Notes: generated by a model not told the origin, from the letters alone. A DNA stretch of 64,000 nt from Candidatus Berkelbacteria bacterium (GCA_026397175.1 JAPLVK010000015.1:4996-68995); one strand, 5' to 3'; shown: positions 38,724 to 49,419, counted from the first letter of the stretch. Numbers and translations: made by a program.

Positions 38724-39875
38724 ATGAATCAAACGAGGGGAGTAGACATATTTGCAAAATTAATCCTAACCGCCTGTGTTTTGATTTTATGTACCCAAAC
38801 AACCTTGGCCGCCAGCTTAGATGATCTTTTAAAGCAAAAAGACCAATTAACCCAGCAGCTAGATCAGGCGCAATCGGCGGCGCAGAACAAAGGACAAGAA
38901 GCGAAAACGCTATCAACGCAAATTACAAATCTTGATAAAGACATCAAAGCGACCGAGGACAAAATCAGTGAAACTGGTGGCCAGATAAACACAGTCAGCC
39001 AAAATATTGAGTCGCTCTCGAAAGATCTCGACCAAAAAAATGCAGAGCTGGTAAAGCTCAAGACAAAATTGAACAATGCGCTAATTGAAATTTATCGTTT
39101 TTCGTCAAGATCAAGCTGGGAACTTATTTTAAGCGGGGACTCGCTTGGATCAAATTCAAATGAAGCTAAATATGTCGAAGCGATAGAAATCCAAGTTAAG
39201 ACGATTCATACGCAAGTTCAGCAAGCAAAAGATGATCTCGAAAAACAAAAGTCCGATTTGGAGGCAAAAAAAGCGGAACTCGATTCGCTTAAATCCCAGC
39301 AAGAGGCCTATAAAAAAGGAACAGAATATCAAAAAAATCAGAAAGACAAAATTTTAGGTATGACGGTTCAGCAAAAGGCCTCTTATGAAGATGAAGCAAA
39401 AAAACTTCAATCGGAAATTACACATATTTCTTCCGAAATCTATGCTCAAAGAAAGAAGGGGAAAGGTAAGGAAGTTTTGCTTGGTGGTGGTTCCGGTTAT
39501 CCGTACAGTTCAATAGACGAACCGGATGCCTGGGGTTTTTTGACGAGTGAGTGCACTTCCTACGCAGCTTGGTATATGAATGTTATCAATGGCAAGGATT
39601 TTGTTAATACTCGTCCGGGTCAAGGCAGCGCATACAATTGGTCCAATTTAGCACAGGATCAGGGTTTCTCCGTATCAAGTTCCCCTAGAAAAGGAGCAAT
39701 CATAAGCTGGGGTGCAGGGCCTCTGACATCCGGGTGGGGACATGTGGCGGTTGTTGAGGCGGTAAATGGCGATGGAACAATTGATATTTCAGAATATAAC
39801 TGGAATAGATATTCATATTCCTATAGAAAAAATGTAAATCCCGGCGATTACGGTTCTTATAATTATATTTGGTAG
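38724..39875 (+). CDS. coiled-coil plus CHAP-domain peptidoglycan hydrolase (PcsB/EnvC-like FtsEX partner)
   Basis: Long N-terminal coiled coil; CHAP Cys/His (ECTSYAAW ... GHVAVVE). Confidence 0.7.
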   Translation: MNQTRGVDIFAKLILTACVLILCTQTTLAASLDDLLKQKDQLTQQLDQAQSAAQNKGQEAKTLSTQITNLDKDIKATEDKISETGGQINTVSQNIESLSKDLDQKNAELVKLKTKLNNALIEIYRFSSRSSWELILSGDSLGSNSNEAKYVEAIEIQVKTIHTQVQQAKDDLEKQKSDLEAKKAELDSLKSQQEAYKKGTEYQKNQKDKILGMTVQQKASYEDEAKKLQSEITHISSEIYAQRKKGKGKEVLLGGGSGYPYSSIDEPDAWGFLTSECTSYAAWYMNVINGKDFVNTRPGQGSAYNWSNLAQDQGFSVSSSPRKGAIISWGAGPLTSGWGHVAVVEAVNGDGTIDISEYNWNRYSYSYRKNVNPGDYGSYNYIW

Positions 39876-39918
39876 CCAGTCCTCTTGGTTTTTCGGTTTT
39901 TTCTTCTATAATTGGGGC

Positions 39919-40926
39919 GTGGAGAAAAAAAATACAAAGTCAAATTTTGAGTCGTCCGACGAAGATATAATCGAAAATCGCTTGCGGCCCAAAAAACTTT
40001 CCGATTATATCGGTCAAAACAAAGTAAAAGACAGCATGTCTGTCTTTATTCGGGCGGCGAAATTGCGAAATGAACCACTGGAACATATTTTAATATACGG
40101 TCCACCCGGGCTTGGCAAGACGACTTTGGCGTATATTTTAGCCAACGAGACCGAGACGAATATCAAAATAACATCAGGTCCGGCGATTGAGCGCGCCGGT
40201 GATTTAGTTTCAATTTTAACAAACCTTGAAGATGCCGACATTCTTTTTATTGATGAAATTCACCGTTTGAACAAAGTTGTCGAAGAAATTTTATATCCGG
40301 CTATGGAAGAATATGCTATTGATGTTGTAATTGGAAAAGGTCCGTCTGCTAAAATATTGAGAGTTGATCTTCCCCACTTTACGCTTATCGGCGCGACAAC
40401 AAGAGTGAGTATGATTTCTTCTCCCATGAGGGACAGGTTTGGAATAATTCATTGTCTTGATTTTTACAATGAAAATGAAATCGCGCAGATTTTATCGCGA
40501 TCGTCAAAAATTTTAGATCTCACAGCAAACCCCGAAAGCATCAAAGAAATTGCAAAGCGCTCCAGAAAAACCCCACGCATAGCAAATCGTCTGCTAAAAC
40601 GCGTTCGTGATTTTGCTACCGTTTACAACAAAGGCGTGATTGATAAAAAAGTAACCGATGATTCTTTGTTGCGACTCGGGATTGACAAAAAAGGACTCGA
40701 CGAAGTTGACAGAAAATATCTTAAAACCCTTCTTGAAAAATTTGCCGGTGGCCCGGTTGGTGTCGAAACAATTTCGGCGGCTAGCTCGATCGAAAAAGAT
40801 ACAATCGAAGAAGTAATCGAGCCATATTTAATGCAAATTGCTTTTATCAAAAGAACGCCCAAGGGAAGGGTGGCAACCGATCAAGCAAGAGAATATTTCG
40901 GATTCTTAAAACAAAAGCCAAATTAA
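39919..40926 (+). CDS. ruvB: Holliday junction helicase RuvB
   Basis: GPPGLGKTTLA Walker A; RuvB-specific motifs. Confidence 0.9.
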   Translation: MEKKNTKSNFESSDEDIIENRLRPKKLSDYIGQNKVKDSMSVFIRAAKLRNEPLEHILIYGPPGLGKTTLAYILANETETNIKITSGPAIERAGDLVSILTNLEDADILFIDEIHRLNKVVEEILYPAMEEYAIDVVIGKGPSAKILRVDLPHFTLIGATTRVSMISSPMRDRFGIIHCLDFYNENEIAQILSRSSKILDLTANPESIKEIAKRSRKTPRIANRLLKRVRDFATVYNKGVIDKKVTDDSLLRLGIDKKGLDEVDRKYLKTLLEKFAGGPVGVETISAASSIEKDTIEEVIEPYLMQIAFIKRTPKGRVATDQAREYFGFLKQKPN

Positions 40927-41142
40927 AATGGATATAGCTATTTTGTTAGTTATTTTGGCCTTCACATTCATTGTTATTATTTCTGGTTTTTTTACGGTCG
41001 CTCTTTTTTATCATGTCAAGCGGTATAGTTTCGTTGGTGATGCCTCAAAAAGGGTCTTCTCGATTTATATAATGTCTTGCATTATCATTATTTCTATTGC
41101 TTTAATGCTTTTGATTTTAAATCACACAGGAGCAATATCTTA

Positions 41143-42010
41143 ATGCGATATCCAAGATTTGTCTACATTCCCCAAGCGGTCTTTGCAAATCAAAAAGATG
41201 ATGAGCGAATTTTTGTTGTGGCAAGACGCCACGCGATTGATTTTGTCATATCGTCATGGGCTCTGGTGATTTTGGTTATTGCCCCAATTTTTGTATTTTC
41301 GTTAGGCGCAAAATCAATTTTACAGTCCGTAATTTTCACAGATGTTCTAAGCCGCGACATAACAGTCATCTTCTTCCTTTTGTATTTTTTAATGCTCGCT
41401 ATAATTTTTATGACAAGTTGGATTGGCTACTATTACAACTTGCTTATAATTTCCGAAGAAGGAATTATCGAAGTCGCCCAAAAAGGACTTTTTAATCGTG
41501 AGATTTATGAAGTGCTTTTTGATCAGATTGAAGATGTGTCGTATCACACTCACGGTTTTTTTAAGCACTATGTTTGAGGTGGGGGATATTGAAATACAAT
41601 CTGCCGGATCGCAAAGGAATTTTTTGCTGCAAAGGTTTCCAAGACCAAAAATAATATTCGGAATTATTCATGATTTAACCAACCAAGCTAAAAAAGGAAT
41701 TGTAACCAAGAAAAGATTGCCGCAAATTGAAACAATCGGGATGCTGGGTAATGTCCCCGTTATTAAAAATTCAATTTTGCCACCGATAATGAATTTTCGA
41801 GGAGGCCTTATGGCCTCTTATTCTGAATTTAAAAAAACAATTTTACCGGCGAAGTCACTTCGGCAAAAATTTGACCGTTGGTGGTGGTCTAGCATTAAGG
41901 GCGAGCAAGCATTATTTTTAAACTACCAAGATGAATCGGAAAATCCGGTATTGCAAATGGAAATTAAAAAAGGCGGGAAGAAGTCATCCGGCAGAATGAT
42001 TGACTTGTAA
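41143..42010 (+). pseudogene. membrane protein with bacterial PH (bPH_2/YdbT-like) domain, split by a frameshift at a T7 tract (about 41553-41560)
   Basis: ORFs 41077-41577 and 41498-42010 form one bPH_2-like sequence when joined at GGTTTTTTTA. Confidence 0.5.
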
Positions 42011-42021
42011 TTTTTTTACAA

Positions 42022-43671
42022 ATGAAAAAATTGTCGGTTAAGGTCTTAGGGGGTTTCATCTTTTTGGGGATTATTTTATTTCTCAATAATTCCCACGCTT
42101 TAGCTTTCGACAAGACGGTTGTTGTTAATGAAATTATGTGGCGCGGATCAAGCATTGTTTGTGGGGATAAAACCTGCACTATGACTTCGGACGAGTGGGT
42201 TGAGCTAAAAAATACATCAGATAAGGTTGTAGATCTTAGCGGTTGGAAGTTATATGATGAGGTTTCGGGGAAAGCTCAGGTTACAATTTCGGATGGGCAA
42301 ATTGCACCCGATGGTTATTTTTTAATTTCAAATAATGCTAAGGACTATAAATTCAGCGCGGGCGAGTCAATTTTAAATATTGATCCGGATGTAATTGAGA
42401 GTGCTGTGTCGTTAAGTAACACAAAATTTAAAATGTCACTTCAGGATAATTTAAGTCAAACAATAGATACTGCTGGAGACGGTGGTGAACCTTTTTATGG
42501 TGAGAATGAGGGGCAAATCGCTTCGATGCAAAGGACTGATTATTTGGCTGACGGCGATTTGAAATCGGCTTGGTCAGTAAGCGCAACCAGAAAAAATTTA
42601 GATGAAGGGGTTTTAAATTTTGCAACGCCTGAAAATTCCGGCAGACCAAAGATTGATACATTGAGTTTTTCGCCAAATAATTTTCAAATTAACAGCAATT
42701 TTGCGCTTGAGATTACAAGCAAGGTTAGCGACCCGAATGATGATTTGGATAAAATTAAAATTAAAATTACATCATCCGATCAGCCAAAAACCGAAAAGGA
42801 CTTTGATATTTCAACGACATATTTTGATTTTGGACCACTCGATTTTTGCCCCACCGTTTCCATCTATTTTTATGATAAAACAGGGCTTTTTGTAAAACAA
42901 AATCTCGATATTGTTTGTTTTCAGAAAACGCACGACATTAGATTTTCAGAAATTTTGCCACATCCGAAAAATATTGATTGGAATAAGGATGGTGTTATTA
43001 ATAGTTCGGATGAGTGGATTGAGCTTGAAAATATCGGCAATCAAAACATTGATCTAGCCGGATGGAAGATACAAGACAAAAGCGGCAAGACATATTTATT
43101 TGATTCTAAAATCAATCCCGGATTTCTGGTTTTCTTTGGACTTCAAACAAAAATAATTTTAAATGATGACGGCGAAACGCTTTATTTAATTGACCCGAGC
43201 AACGAAATAATTGACACAATTACAATTCCAAATAGCTCCAGCAAACTAGACATGTCTTTTGCAAGACAACCCGATGGTTGGCAGTGGACTCTTATTACAT
43301 CATTGGGATCGGAAAACCCCAAAATTATCATAAGCGAAAGTCCTGTCGAGACAAAACCCGTCCTAACCCCATCTTCTAACACTAAAAATATTGATCGGCC
43401 CATGGAAGGTCTTGAGTCACAGCCGGTCGAACAAACCGAAACAATTATAATTAAAAAAACTGTTAAAATTACCCACAAAAAATTACCCTCAAAAGTTACA
43501 AGTATCAAACTTTCCAAGATTTCAATTGATCCAATGGTTTTGGGATCTTCAACTTATCGGGAACCGTCTTATGCTTTAAAACCCCGCCAAATTTTGCTAT
43601 ACTTGATAGGTCTAATTATCATTATTTCGCAGATTGCAAGTTATGGATTTTATCGCCAAAAACCAAAATGA
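42022..43671 (+). CDS. secreted lamin-tail-domain (LTD) protein, two LTD repeats, C-terminal TM anchor
   Basis: EWVELKN...DLSGWKL and EWIELENIGN...DLAGWKI motifs. Confidence 0.65.
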   Translation: MKKLSVKVLGGFIFLGIILFLNNSHALAFDKTVVVNEIMWRGSSIVCGDKTCTMTSDEWVELKNTSDKVVDLSGWKLYDEVSGKAQVTISDGQIAPDGYFLISNNAKDYKFSAGESILNIDPDVIESAVSLSNTKFKMSLQDNLSQTIDTAGDGGEPFYGENEGQIASMQRTDYLADGDLKSAWSVSATRKNLDEGVLNFATPENSGRPKIDTLSFSPNNFQINSNFALEITSKVSDPNDDLDKIKIKITSSDQPKTEKDFDISTTYFDFGPLDFCPTVSIYFYDKTGLFVKQNLDIVCFQKTHDIRFSEILPHPKNIDWNKDGVINSSDEWIELENIGNQNIDLAGWKIQDKSGKTYLFDSKINPGFLVFFGLQTKIILNDDGETLYLIDPSNEIIDTITIPNSSSKLDMSFARQPDGWQWTLITSLGSENPKIIISESPVETKPVLTPSSNTKNIDRPMEGLESQPVEQTETIIIKKTVKITHKKLPSKVTSIKLSKISIDPMVLGSSTYREPSYALKPRQILLYLIGLIIIISQIASYGFYRQKPK

Positions 43672-44068
43672 ACTTGGGAAATGTGTTTATAGTTTGCTTA
43701 AAGACAAGATGTCCGGTGGTTTTAGGGTTGGTTTAAGCGGCGATTTAGGTGCAGGCAAAACGACTTTAGTTAAAATGATCGCCAAATTTCTTGGCATTAA
43801 AGATGAAGTAACGAGTCCAACTTTTAATCTTCGAAAAATTTACAAAATAACCCCCGATTTATTTTTGCAGCACATTGATCTATATCGGATGTCTTCTAAA
43901 AATCAAAATGATTTAAATGAGGTCGGCGATTGGCTTAAAGACAAAAAAACAATTTCTTTTGTTGAGTGGCCGGAAAATCTACAAATGAACCAAAATGACT
44001 TTGACGCTTACATTAAAATTGAACCGCTTGGTTTGAATCAAAGAAAAGTAAAAATCACATGGAAATAG
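43634..44068 (+). CDS. tsaE: tRNA t6A biosynthesis protein TsaE
   Basis: GDLGAGKTTLVK P-loop in YjeE context. Confidence 0.7.
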   Translation: MQVMDFIAKNQNELGKCVYSLLKDKMSGGFRVGLSGDLGAGKTTLVKMIAKFLGIKDEVTSPTFNLRKIYKITPDLFLQHIDLYRMSSKNQNDLNEVGDWLKDKKTISFVEWPENLQMNQNDFDAYIKIEPLGLNQRKVKITWK

Positions 44069-44325
44069 ATATTTTTTATCAAAACAGAGAGCTTACATTT
44101 AAATCTCCAAAAGAAAGCGGAGAGGGCTTTGAGGATTTTCTAAGGTTAATTTCAGAAAACAAAGATAAAATTACTTGCGTCAGATTGTCCGGTGAAAGTA
44201 AGTCATATACTTTTACAAGGCAGGTCTTTTTGCTTGTTAATCTTTTAAAAAATTTTCTAGACTGCGATCTTTACATCAACTCGAAAAAAATCGAAAAAGA
44301 AATTGCCTTACCCATATACGGCTAA
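44059..44325 (+). CDS. hypothetical protein
   Basis: ORF only. Confidence 0.3.
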   Translation: MEIDIFYQNRELTFKSPKESGEGFEDFLRLISENKDKITCVRLSGESKSYTFTRQVFLLVNLLKNFLDCDLYINSKKIEKEIALPIYG

Positions 44326-44522
44326 ATCTGGTATATTATATATAAGGGTCTGTCGGCAAATGTGCTTTTGTAGCGAAATTTGATAGTTTCGTAACGAGAA
44401 TTTTACAAAAGCGACGATGTTTATCAAGTTGATAAGCGGAGGAGCTTTTGAAAATTCGCAGTAGAAAATATCAAATTGCAGTAAAAATGACATTTGCCGA
44501 CAGACCCAACAATAGGAGATAG

Positions 44523-45905
44523 ATGCGAAAAAGATATTTTGGTGTTTCAAGCCGTCCAAAACATGAGCATAGGGCTACGCAAGCGACAGATCCCCAAAAA
44601 AAAGCTGATCCCACAAAGAAGCGGAAATATATTAAATTTTCACTTTTAGCTCTGCTTGTGATTTTTTTGGGAATTATTGCATATGTCGGCATTTCTTCGT
44701 TTTCTGCGGCCAACAATATATTGGCGTCCGATATTAAGCTGACCGACCTGATCAAGGGGGGCTCCCTAAAACAAACAGACGGTATTACTAACATATTACT
44801 GCTTGGCAAGGGTGGCGAAAATCACCCCGGGGGCCAGCTGACAGACACCATTCAACTTATTCGACTTAGGCAGTCGGATGACGCTGTTGCGATGGTCTCA
44901 ATTCCGCGAGATCTTCGGGTTTCAATCCCGGGCGATGGACAATCAAAGATCAACGAGGCCTACACTACCGGCTTTAATGCGGAAAAAAACAAAGATAAAA
45001 AATCGGATGCGGGCGCAAAACTCTCAAGCCAAGTGGTGCAAAACATTACCGGAGTGCCGATTCATTATTATTTGACTGTTGATTTTGTGGGCTTCAAGGA
45101 TCTGGTTGATAAATTAGGTGGGGTCACTGTTAATGTAGATCAGGATTTAAATGACCCTTATTACCCGAAGGATTATTTTAACGGTGACACTTACAGAAAA
45201 ACAGACGCTTACGCTCCTTTTTCTATAAAAAAAGGCGTACAGTCCTTAAACGGCGAAACTGCTTTAAAATATGCCAGAAGCCGAGAGACGACATCGGATT
45301 TCGATAGAGCAAAACGGCAACAAAAATTGATTCTTGCGATTAAGGAAAAAATGCTTTCGTTGGGAATCTTGGCAAATCCGGTTAAGGTCTCGGATATCAT
45401 TTCCTCGCTTGGCAGCCATGTCAAAACAAGCATGAACATTTCAGAAATTAAAGACCTTATGTCATTATCTGAAAAAATTGACAAAGCAAACATTATCAAT
45501 AAGTCAATCGATAATAATCCCAAGGACGGATTGCTCGTTTCTACCTCGGAAGGTGGATATTATCTTGTACCAAAAACCGGTAATTTTAACGAAATTCAGC
45601 GCTTTTTCAAAAATATTTTCGAGATCTCGAGCGCGGCAGATGAAAATTTTACTGTTGAGGTATATAATGGGACAGACAGGACTGGAATCGCCAACAAGTT
45701 TGCGGAGGACTTGAAAAGTTCGGGATTAAATGTTACCAAGATAGAGACAAACAAAGAGCAGATTGGTACGACAACTATATATACTGCCTCGAAGGGTTCC
45801 AAAACATTAGAGATTATTTCGGGCAAATTGCCAAACGCGAAGATAGCGACATACGAGACCAAGGGAGTAATTAAAATTATTTTAGGGAATGACTATGGCA
45901 ACTAA
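44523..45905 (+). CDS. LytR-CpsA-Psr (LCP) family cell-wall polymer transferase
   Basis: N-terminal TM; LCP core motifs (NILLLG..., ...DTIQLIRL, IPRD). Confidence 0.75.
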   Translation: MRKRYFGVSSRPKHEHRATQATDPQKKADPTKKRKYIKFSLLALLVIFLGIIAYVGISSFSAANNILASDIKLTDLIKGGSLKQTDGITNILLLGKGGENHPGGQLTDTIQLIRLRQSDDAVAMVSIPRDLRVSIPGDGQSKINEAYTTGFNAEKNKDKKSDAGAKLSSQVVQNITGVPIHYYLTVDFVGFKDLVDKLGGVTVNVDQDLNDPYYPKDYFNGDTYRKTDAYAPFSIKKGVQSLNGETALKYARSRETTSDFDRAKRQQKLILAIKEKMLSLGILANPVKVSDIISSLGSHVKTSMNISEIKDLMSLSEKIDKANIINKSIDNNPKDGLLVSTSEGGYYLVPKTGNFNEIQRFFKNIFEISSAADENFTVEVYNGTDRTGIANKFAEDLKSSGLNVTKIETNKEQIGTTTIYTASKGSKTLEIISGKLPNAKIATYETKGVIKIILGNDYGN

Positions 45906-46476
45906 ACTTTCTGCAAAGGGGTTAAGGATTGTTTCTCACTCGATCATTACTTTTTTTGCGGTGGTTTCGTTGTGTTTCTTTTTATTCTCGATTGATCGAA
46001 CCGCGCTTGTCAGTATTATTTCAATCGGAATGCTTGCCGGCGCTCTTTTTATTTCGTGGGATATGGATGTTGTTGATGCGGTTGGTCTCTTGATTTTTTT
46101 CTTTGGCACGACCGCATGCTTCAATTTTTTTAACGAGGTGGTTTTAAGCTCATGGTCTAGAATAATCGCGATTGTTGTATTTGCAGGGCTAAGCTTGATC
46201 TTATCGAATTATCTTTTAAATACCGTCAGTCCCGAGAAGACACCCGACAAACAAATCTACAAGGTCTCGTTAGCCATTGTTTTTACCGAAATATTTTGGA
46301 TTTTAAGTTTTATCAACGCCAGCCAAATTTCAAAAGGCGCTATCACGGCTGTAATCTTCTTCAACTTGCTTTCGGTTTCAGGTGAGGTGCTAAGTCACAA
46401 ATTTCAACTTGCCAGATTTGCTTCTTTGGTTATAATCAGTATAATCTTATTGGCATTAGTTATTTATAGAATTTAA
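45889..46476 (+). CDS. hypothetical polytopic membrane protein
   Basis: Hydrophobic ORF. Confidence 0.4.
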   Translation: MTMATKLSAKGLRIVSHSIITFFAVVSLCFFLFSIDRTALVSIISIGMLAGALFISWDMDVVDAVGLLIFFFGTTACFNFFNEVVLSSWSRIIAIVVFAGLSLILSNYLLNTVSPEKTPDKQIYKVSLAIVFTEIFWILSFINASQISKGAITAVIFFNLLSVSGEVLSHKFQLARFASLVIISIILLALVIYRI

Positions 46477-46487
46477 TTGGAGAAAAT

Positions 46488-47456
46488 ATGAACTTTATAT
46501 CTATCGTTCGCAGAACAGAGATCGGATTTCTAAAGTTTTTTCTGATAGTTGGTCGGTTTTTTGCTTCTTTGTACTACAGGGTAAAAAGAAAAGTTGGGCC
46601 GAATTGGAGAAGTTATCTTAAAACAACTCTAATGGCAATTGTGATTTTGTATGTCATCGGCGCCGTTGTTTTTGGTGTTCGCCTTTATAAACAAAAGCGA
46701 TTTGAAAAAATTGATCTTATTGCTTCTTATGTTTACCCGTTTCCGGTTGCCCATGCCGGTCGGAGCTTTGTTTTTGACCGACAACTTCAGATTTGGGTAA
46801 ACTCTTCCAAAAAATTTGCAACCAAAAATGGCGTTGAAGCGCCGCCTGATTTAGCTCCCAAAATTCTAACCGAACTTACGAATTATGCCCTCTCGTCACA
46901 AGAAGCGGATTTGCTCAATGTCAAACTTACCCAAAAAGATATTGATGAAAAATTTGACTTAAGTATCGAAGGAATCGGGAGTCGCGATCAAGCTGCCGAT
47001 TTTATTAAGCAGAATTATGGACTTTCGCTTAATCAATTTAAGAGGATGATTACGCCGATGGTTTTGGTAGAAAAACTTCGCGACGAACAATTCGTTAGCA
47101 TTAAAGCAAGACATATTTTGGTCAAAGACGAAGGTAAATCCAAAGAATTATTGCAAAAAATCAAAGATGGGGCGAAGTTTGAGGATGTGGCCAAAGATAA
47201 TTCGGAAGATCAAAACTCAAAAGACGCCGGCGGACTTTTAGCAGGCGGAGAGTTTCTTTTCAGGGATTCAGGTTTAATTGCAGAGGTTGAAGACGCGCTT
47301 TTCAAGCTTAAAGCCGGTGAAATTAGCGAGCCCGTCAAAAGCGAATTTGGTTGGCATATCTTGAAAGCCGAAGAGCGCAAAGGAACAATTGATCTAAAAA
47401 TGGACGACTGGCTAAAATCCCTCCAGGGCAAATACCCCGTCAACTCCTGGATCTAA
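46488..47456 (+). CDS. PpiC/parvulin-type peptidyl-prolyl isomerase (PrsA/SurA-like), N-terminal TM
   Basis: ARHILVKDEG...GGLL...FGWHIL motifs. Confidence 0.75.
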   Translation: MNFISIVRRTEIGFLKFFLIVGRFFASLYYRVKRKVGPNWRSYLKTTLMAIVILYVIGAVVFGVRLYKQKRFEKIDLIASYVYPFPVAHAGRSFVFDRQLQIWVNSSKKFATKNGVEAPPDLAPKILTELTNYALSSQEADLLNVKLTQKDIDEKFDLSIEGIGSRDQAADFIKQNYGLSLNQFKRMITPMVLVEKLRDEQFVSIKARHILVKDEGKSKELLQKIKDGAKFEDVAKDNSEDQNSKDAGGLLAGGEFLFRDSGLIAEVEDALFKLKAGEISEPVKSEFGWHILKAEERKGTIDLKMDDWLKSLQGKYPVNSWI

Positions 47457-47549
47457 ATATATTGAGATCTGAATGATTTTCTGGTAAGATTTTCTCGTGA
47501 ATCTTTTATTTTAGAGTTTAGGATTTAGAATTTAGAATTTTTCTATTTT

Positions 47550-47626
47550 GGGGTGGTAGCTCAATTGGCTAGAGCAATTCCCTGTCACGGAATAGGTTGA
47601 GGGTTCGAGTCCCTTCCATCCCGCCA
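47550..47626 (+). tRNA. tRNA-Asp (anticodon GTC)
   Basis: Acceptor GGGGTGG/CCATCCC, D-stem GCTC/GAGC, anticodon stem ATTCC/GGAAT with loop CTGTCAC, T-loop TTCGAGT, discriminator G, CCA. Confidence 0.85.
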
Positions 47627-49081
47627 GTTCGTATGAGAAGTTTTTTGGAATAAAATTCCCCACGGATTTTCAGGTTTGAGAGCGACAATTCCTGCCCTGA
47701 CAAGACGGTTCGAGCCGATCTTTTTCAAAAGCTCCGCTTTTGCCACAAAATTTTGAGATGTTTGTAGATTACTGGCTTGGTGAACCTCATTTACCCAATC
47801 TGTAAGCGGTTCGAGCCACAAATTGCCCTTGCGATTAAGACGGGCGATTTTTTGTTTTAGAGCGACTTTCTGCTCGACAAGTTCCGACTTTTTAGTTTGA
47901 TACTCTTCAGCTTCCAAAAGCCCATCTAAATGAGCGTCGAGCAGTTTAGAAAGCCGCTTGTTCAATATCTCAAGTTCTTTTCCGACTCCCTTTATCGCAA
48001 GGGCAGATGATTGGATGTTATCAGTTTTCCATATTTCAATTTGTTTTTGCATTTTATTTGTCCAATCATCTTTCAAAGCCACTTTTGAAAAAATCTTGTC
48101 AACTTGGCTTGTCAGCTTCTCTTCACGCACAAATTTTTGTGCGCAAACACTGTTCTTTTTGGTGCAACGATAATAGCGAAAAACAAGCCCCGACTTTTTG
48201 ATTTGTCGTTCACCAGTGATCGCCCGCCCGCACTCTCCGCAGTTAAATACTCCACGAAATGGGAAATATAAAAGTTCTTTTGTTTTTCGCGGGCGACTTC
48301 GATTTTGCAAAGTTTGTTGCACCAAATCAAAAGTGGCTTTGTCAACTAAAGGCTCGTGTTTGGCTTCGTAAGTTTCGCCACCATAGCTAAAAAGCCCGAT
48401 ATAAAATTTGTTTCGCAAAAGTTTTTCCAAAACAGAACAAGACAAACCAATTCTTCCACGTTGGCTTTTTAGCTTCAAAGAAAGCGATAAAGTTTCCAAA
48501 TCTTTCAGAGAATATTTCCCCGTTGAATATTTACAAAACAGTTTTTTGATAAGCGGGGCTTTTTCATTGTCGATATCGATTGTATGACTTCGCAAATTAT
48601 TCGTGTAGCCAATCGGCGCCCAGCCGGGCCATTCGCCTCGGCGGAGTTTTTGTCTTAAGCCCCGCTTAACATTCTCTGAAAGATTATCGATGTAATATTT
48701 AGCTTGACCAAAAGCAATTTGGAGCATAAACAAACCTTGGCTGGACGGCTCAAACCAGTAAGTTGGAAACCTTAGAGAGCACAACTTGCCCCTATCAATC
48801 AGATTGATAATTTGCCCGCCATCAACTGCGTTTCGAGCCAGACGATCGGGGTTCCACGAAATGATTCCGTCGGCCTCGTCGTTGACGATTTTTTCGAGCA
48901 TTAAATTAAAAATTGGGCGGCCCGGCTCTTTGGCCGTTTTTGCTTCGATAAGTTCCTCAACAATTTCCAAATTATTTTGGCGGGCAAATTCATGAAGTTC
49001 GGCAAGTTGCGCTTCAATAGACAATACCTGTCTTTCCTCGTCATCGGTAGATTTTCGAGCATAGAGTATATATCTATTCAA
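47585..49081 (-). CDS. large serine recombinase (resolvase-type catalytic domain, recombinase domain, zinc ribbon, coiled coil), apparently intact
   Basis: YARKSTD catalytic-Ser motif, CGECG/C-x-C zinc ribbon; ORF has no stop until inside tRNA-Asp, so the exact 3' end is uncertain. Confidence 0.85.
   Translation of the reverse strand: MNRYILYARKSTDDEERQVLSIEAQLAELHEFARQNNLEIVEELIEAKTAKEPGRPIFNLMLEKIVNDEADGIISWNPDRLARNAVDGGQIINLIDRGKLCSLRFPTYWFEPSSQGLFMLQIAFGQAKYYIDNLSENVKRGLRQKLRRGEWPGWAPIGYTNNLRSHTIDIDNEKAPLIKKLFCKYSTGKYSLKDLETLSLSLKLKSQRGRIGLSCSVLEKLLRNKFYIGLFSYGGETYEAKHEPLVDKATFDLVQQTLQNRSRPRKTKELLYFPFRGVFNCGECGRAITGERQIKKSGLVFRYYRCTKKNSVCAQKFVREEKLTSQVDKIFSKVALKDDWTNKMQKQIEIWKTDNIQSSALAIKGVGKELEILNKRLSKLLDAHLDGLLEAEEYQTKKSELVEQKVALKQKIARLNRKGNLWLEPLTDWVNEVHQASNLQTSQNFVAKAELLKKIGSNRLVRAGIVALKPENPWGILFQKTSHTNWRDGRDSNPQPIP
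47620..47722. repeat. recombinase-module IR-L; inverted partner at 49157-49286 (1 mismatch plus a 37-bp hairpin-bearing insertion in the partner)
   Basis: Reverse complement aligns with 49198-49286 and, after the insertion, with 49157-49170; begins at CCCGCCAG of the tRNA-Asp 3' end. Confidence 0.85.
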
Positions 49082-49156
49082 CTTTCCTCCTTATCGCTTT
49101 CTTTGATTTGAAAATTTTGCGGGTGGTCGCATAGCGACCGAAAAAAGATCGGCTCA

Positions 49157-49286
49157 CACCGCTTTGCGGTGTCTGAAATGAATTTCAGGAATCGTCTTGT
49201 CAGGGCGGGAATTGTCGCTCTCAAACCTGAAAATCCGTGGGGAATTTTATTCCAAAAAACTTCTCATACGAACTGGCGGGGAATTC
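49157..49286. repeat. recombinase-module IR-R (inverted copy of 47620-47722)
   Basis: See IR-L. Confidence 0.85.
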
Positions 49287-49419
49287 TGAATGAAGCTCGA
49301 ATTTATTTTGAAAAGAATTTTTAGTAATGCTCGTGTCGCGCTTTGCGCGACACTCGCTCTCTGTTTTTCAAATTTCCTTTGGGTCGGGAAGGAGGGGGTT
49401 GGGGGGAGGAATTCGATTT
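49287..49419. repeat. cargo-module IR-L (about 133 bp); perfect inverted partner at 53532-53658; motif GGAAGGAGGGGGTTGGGGGGAGGAATT
   Basis: Reverse complement identical to 53532-53658; homologous to IR2 of element 1. Confidence 0.9.

Noticed and set aside
40928-41143. 71-aa ORF between ruvB and the bPH_2 membrane gene as a separate gene
   Set aside because: Short and hydrophobic; may be an N-terminal extension or alternative start of the downstream membrane protein. No RBS or conservation evidence, so it is not listed as a feature.
47958-48345. Small ORFs on both strands inside the serine recombinase gene
   Set aside because: Embedded in a well-supported 498-aa CDS; no independent support.
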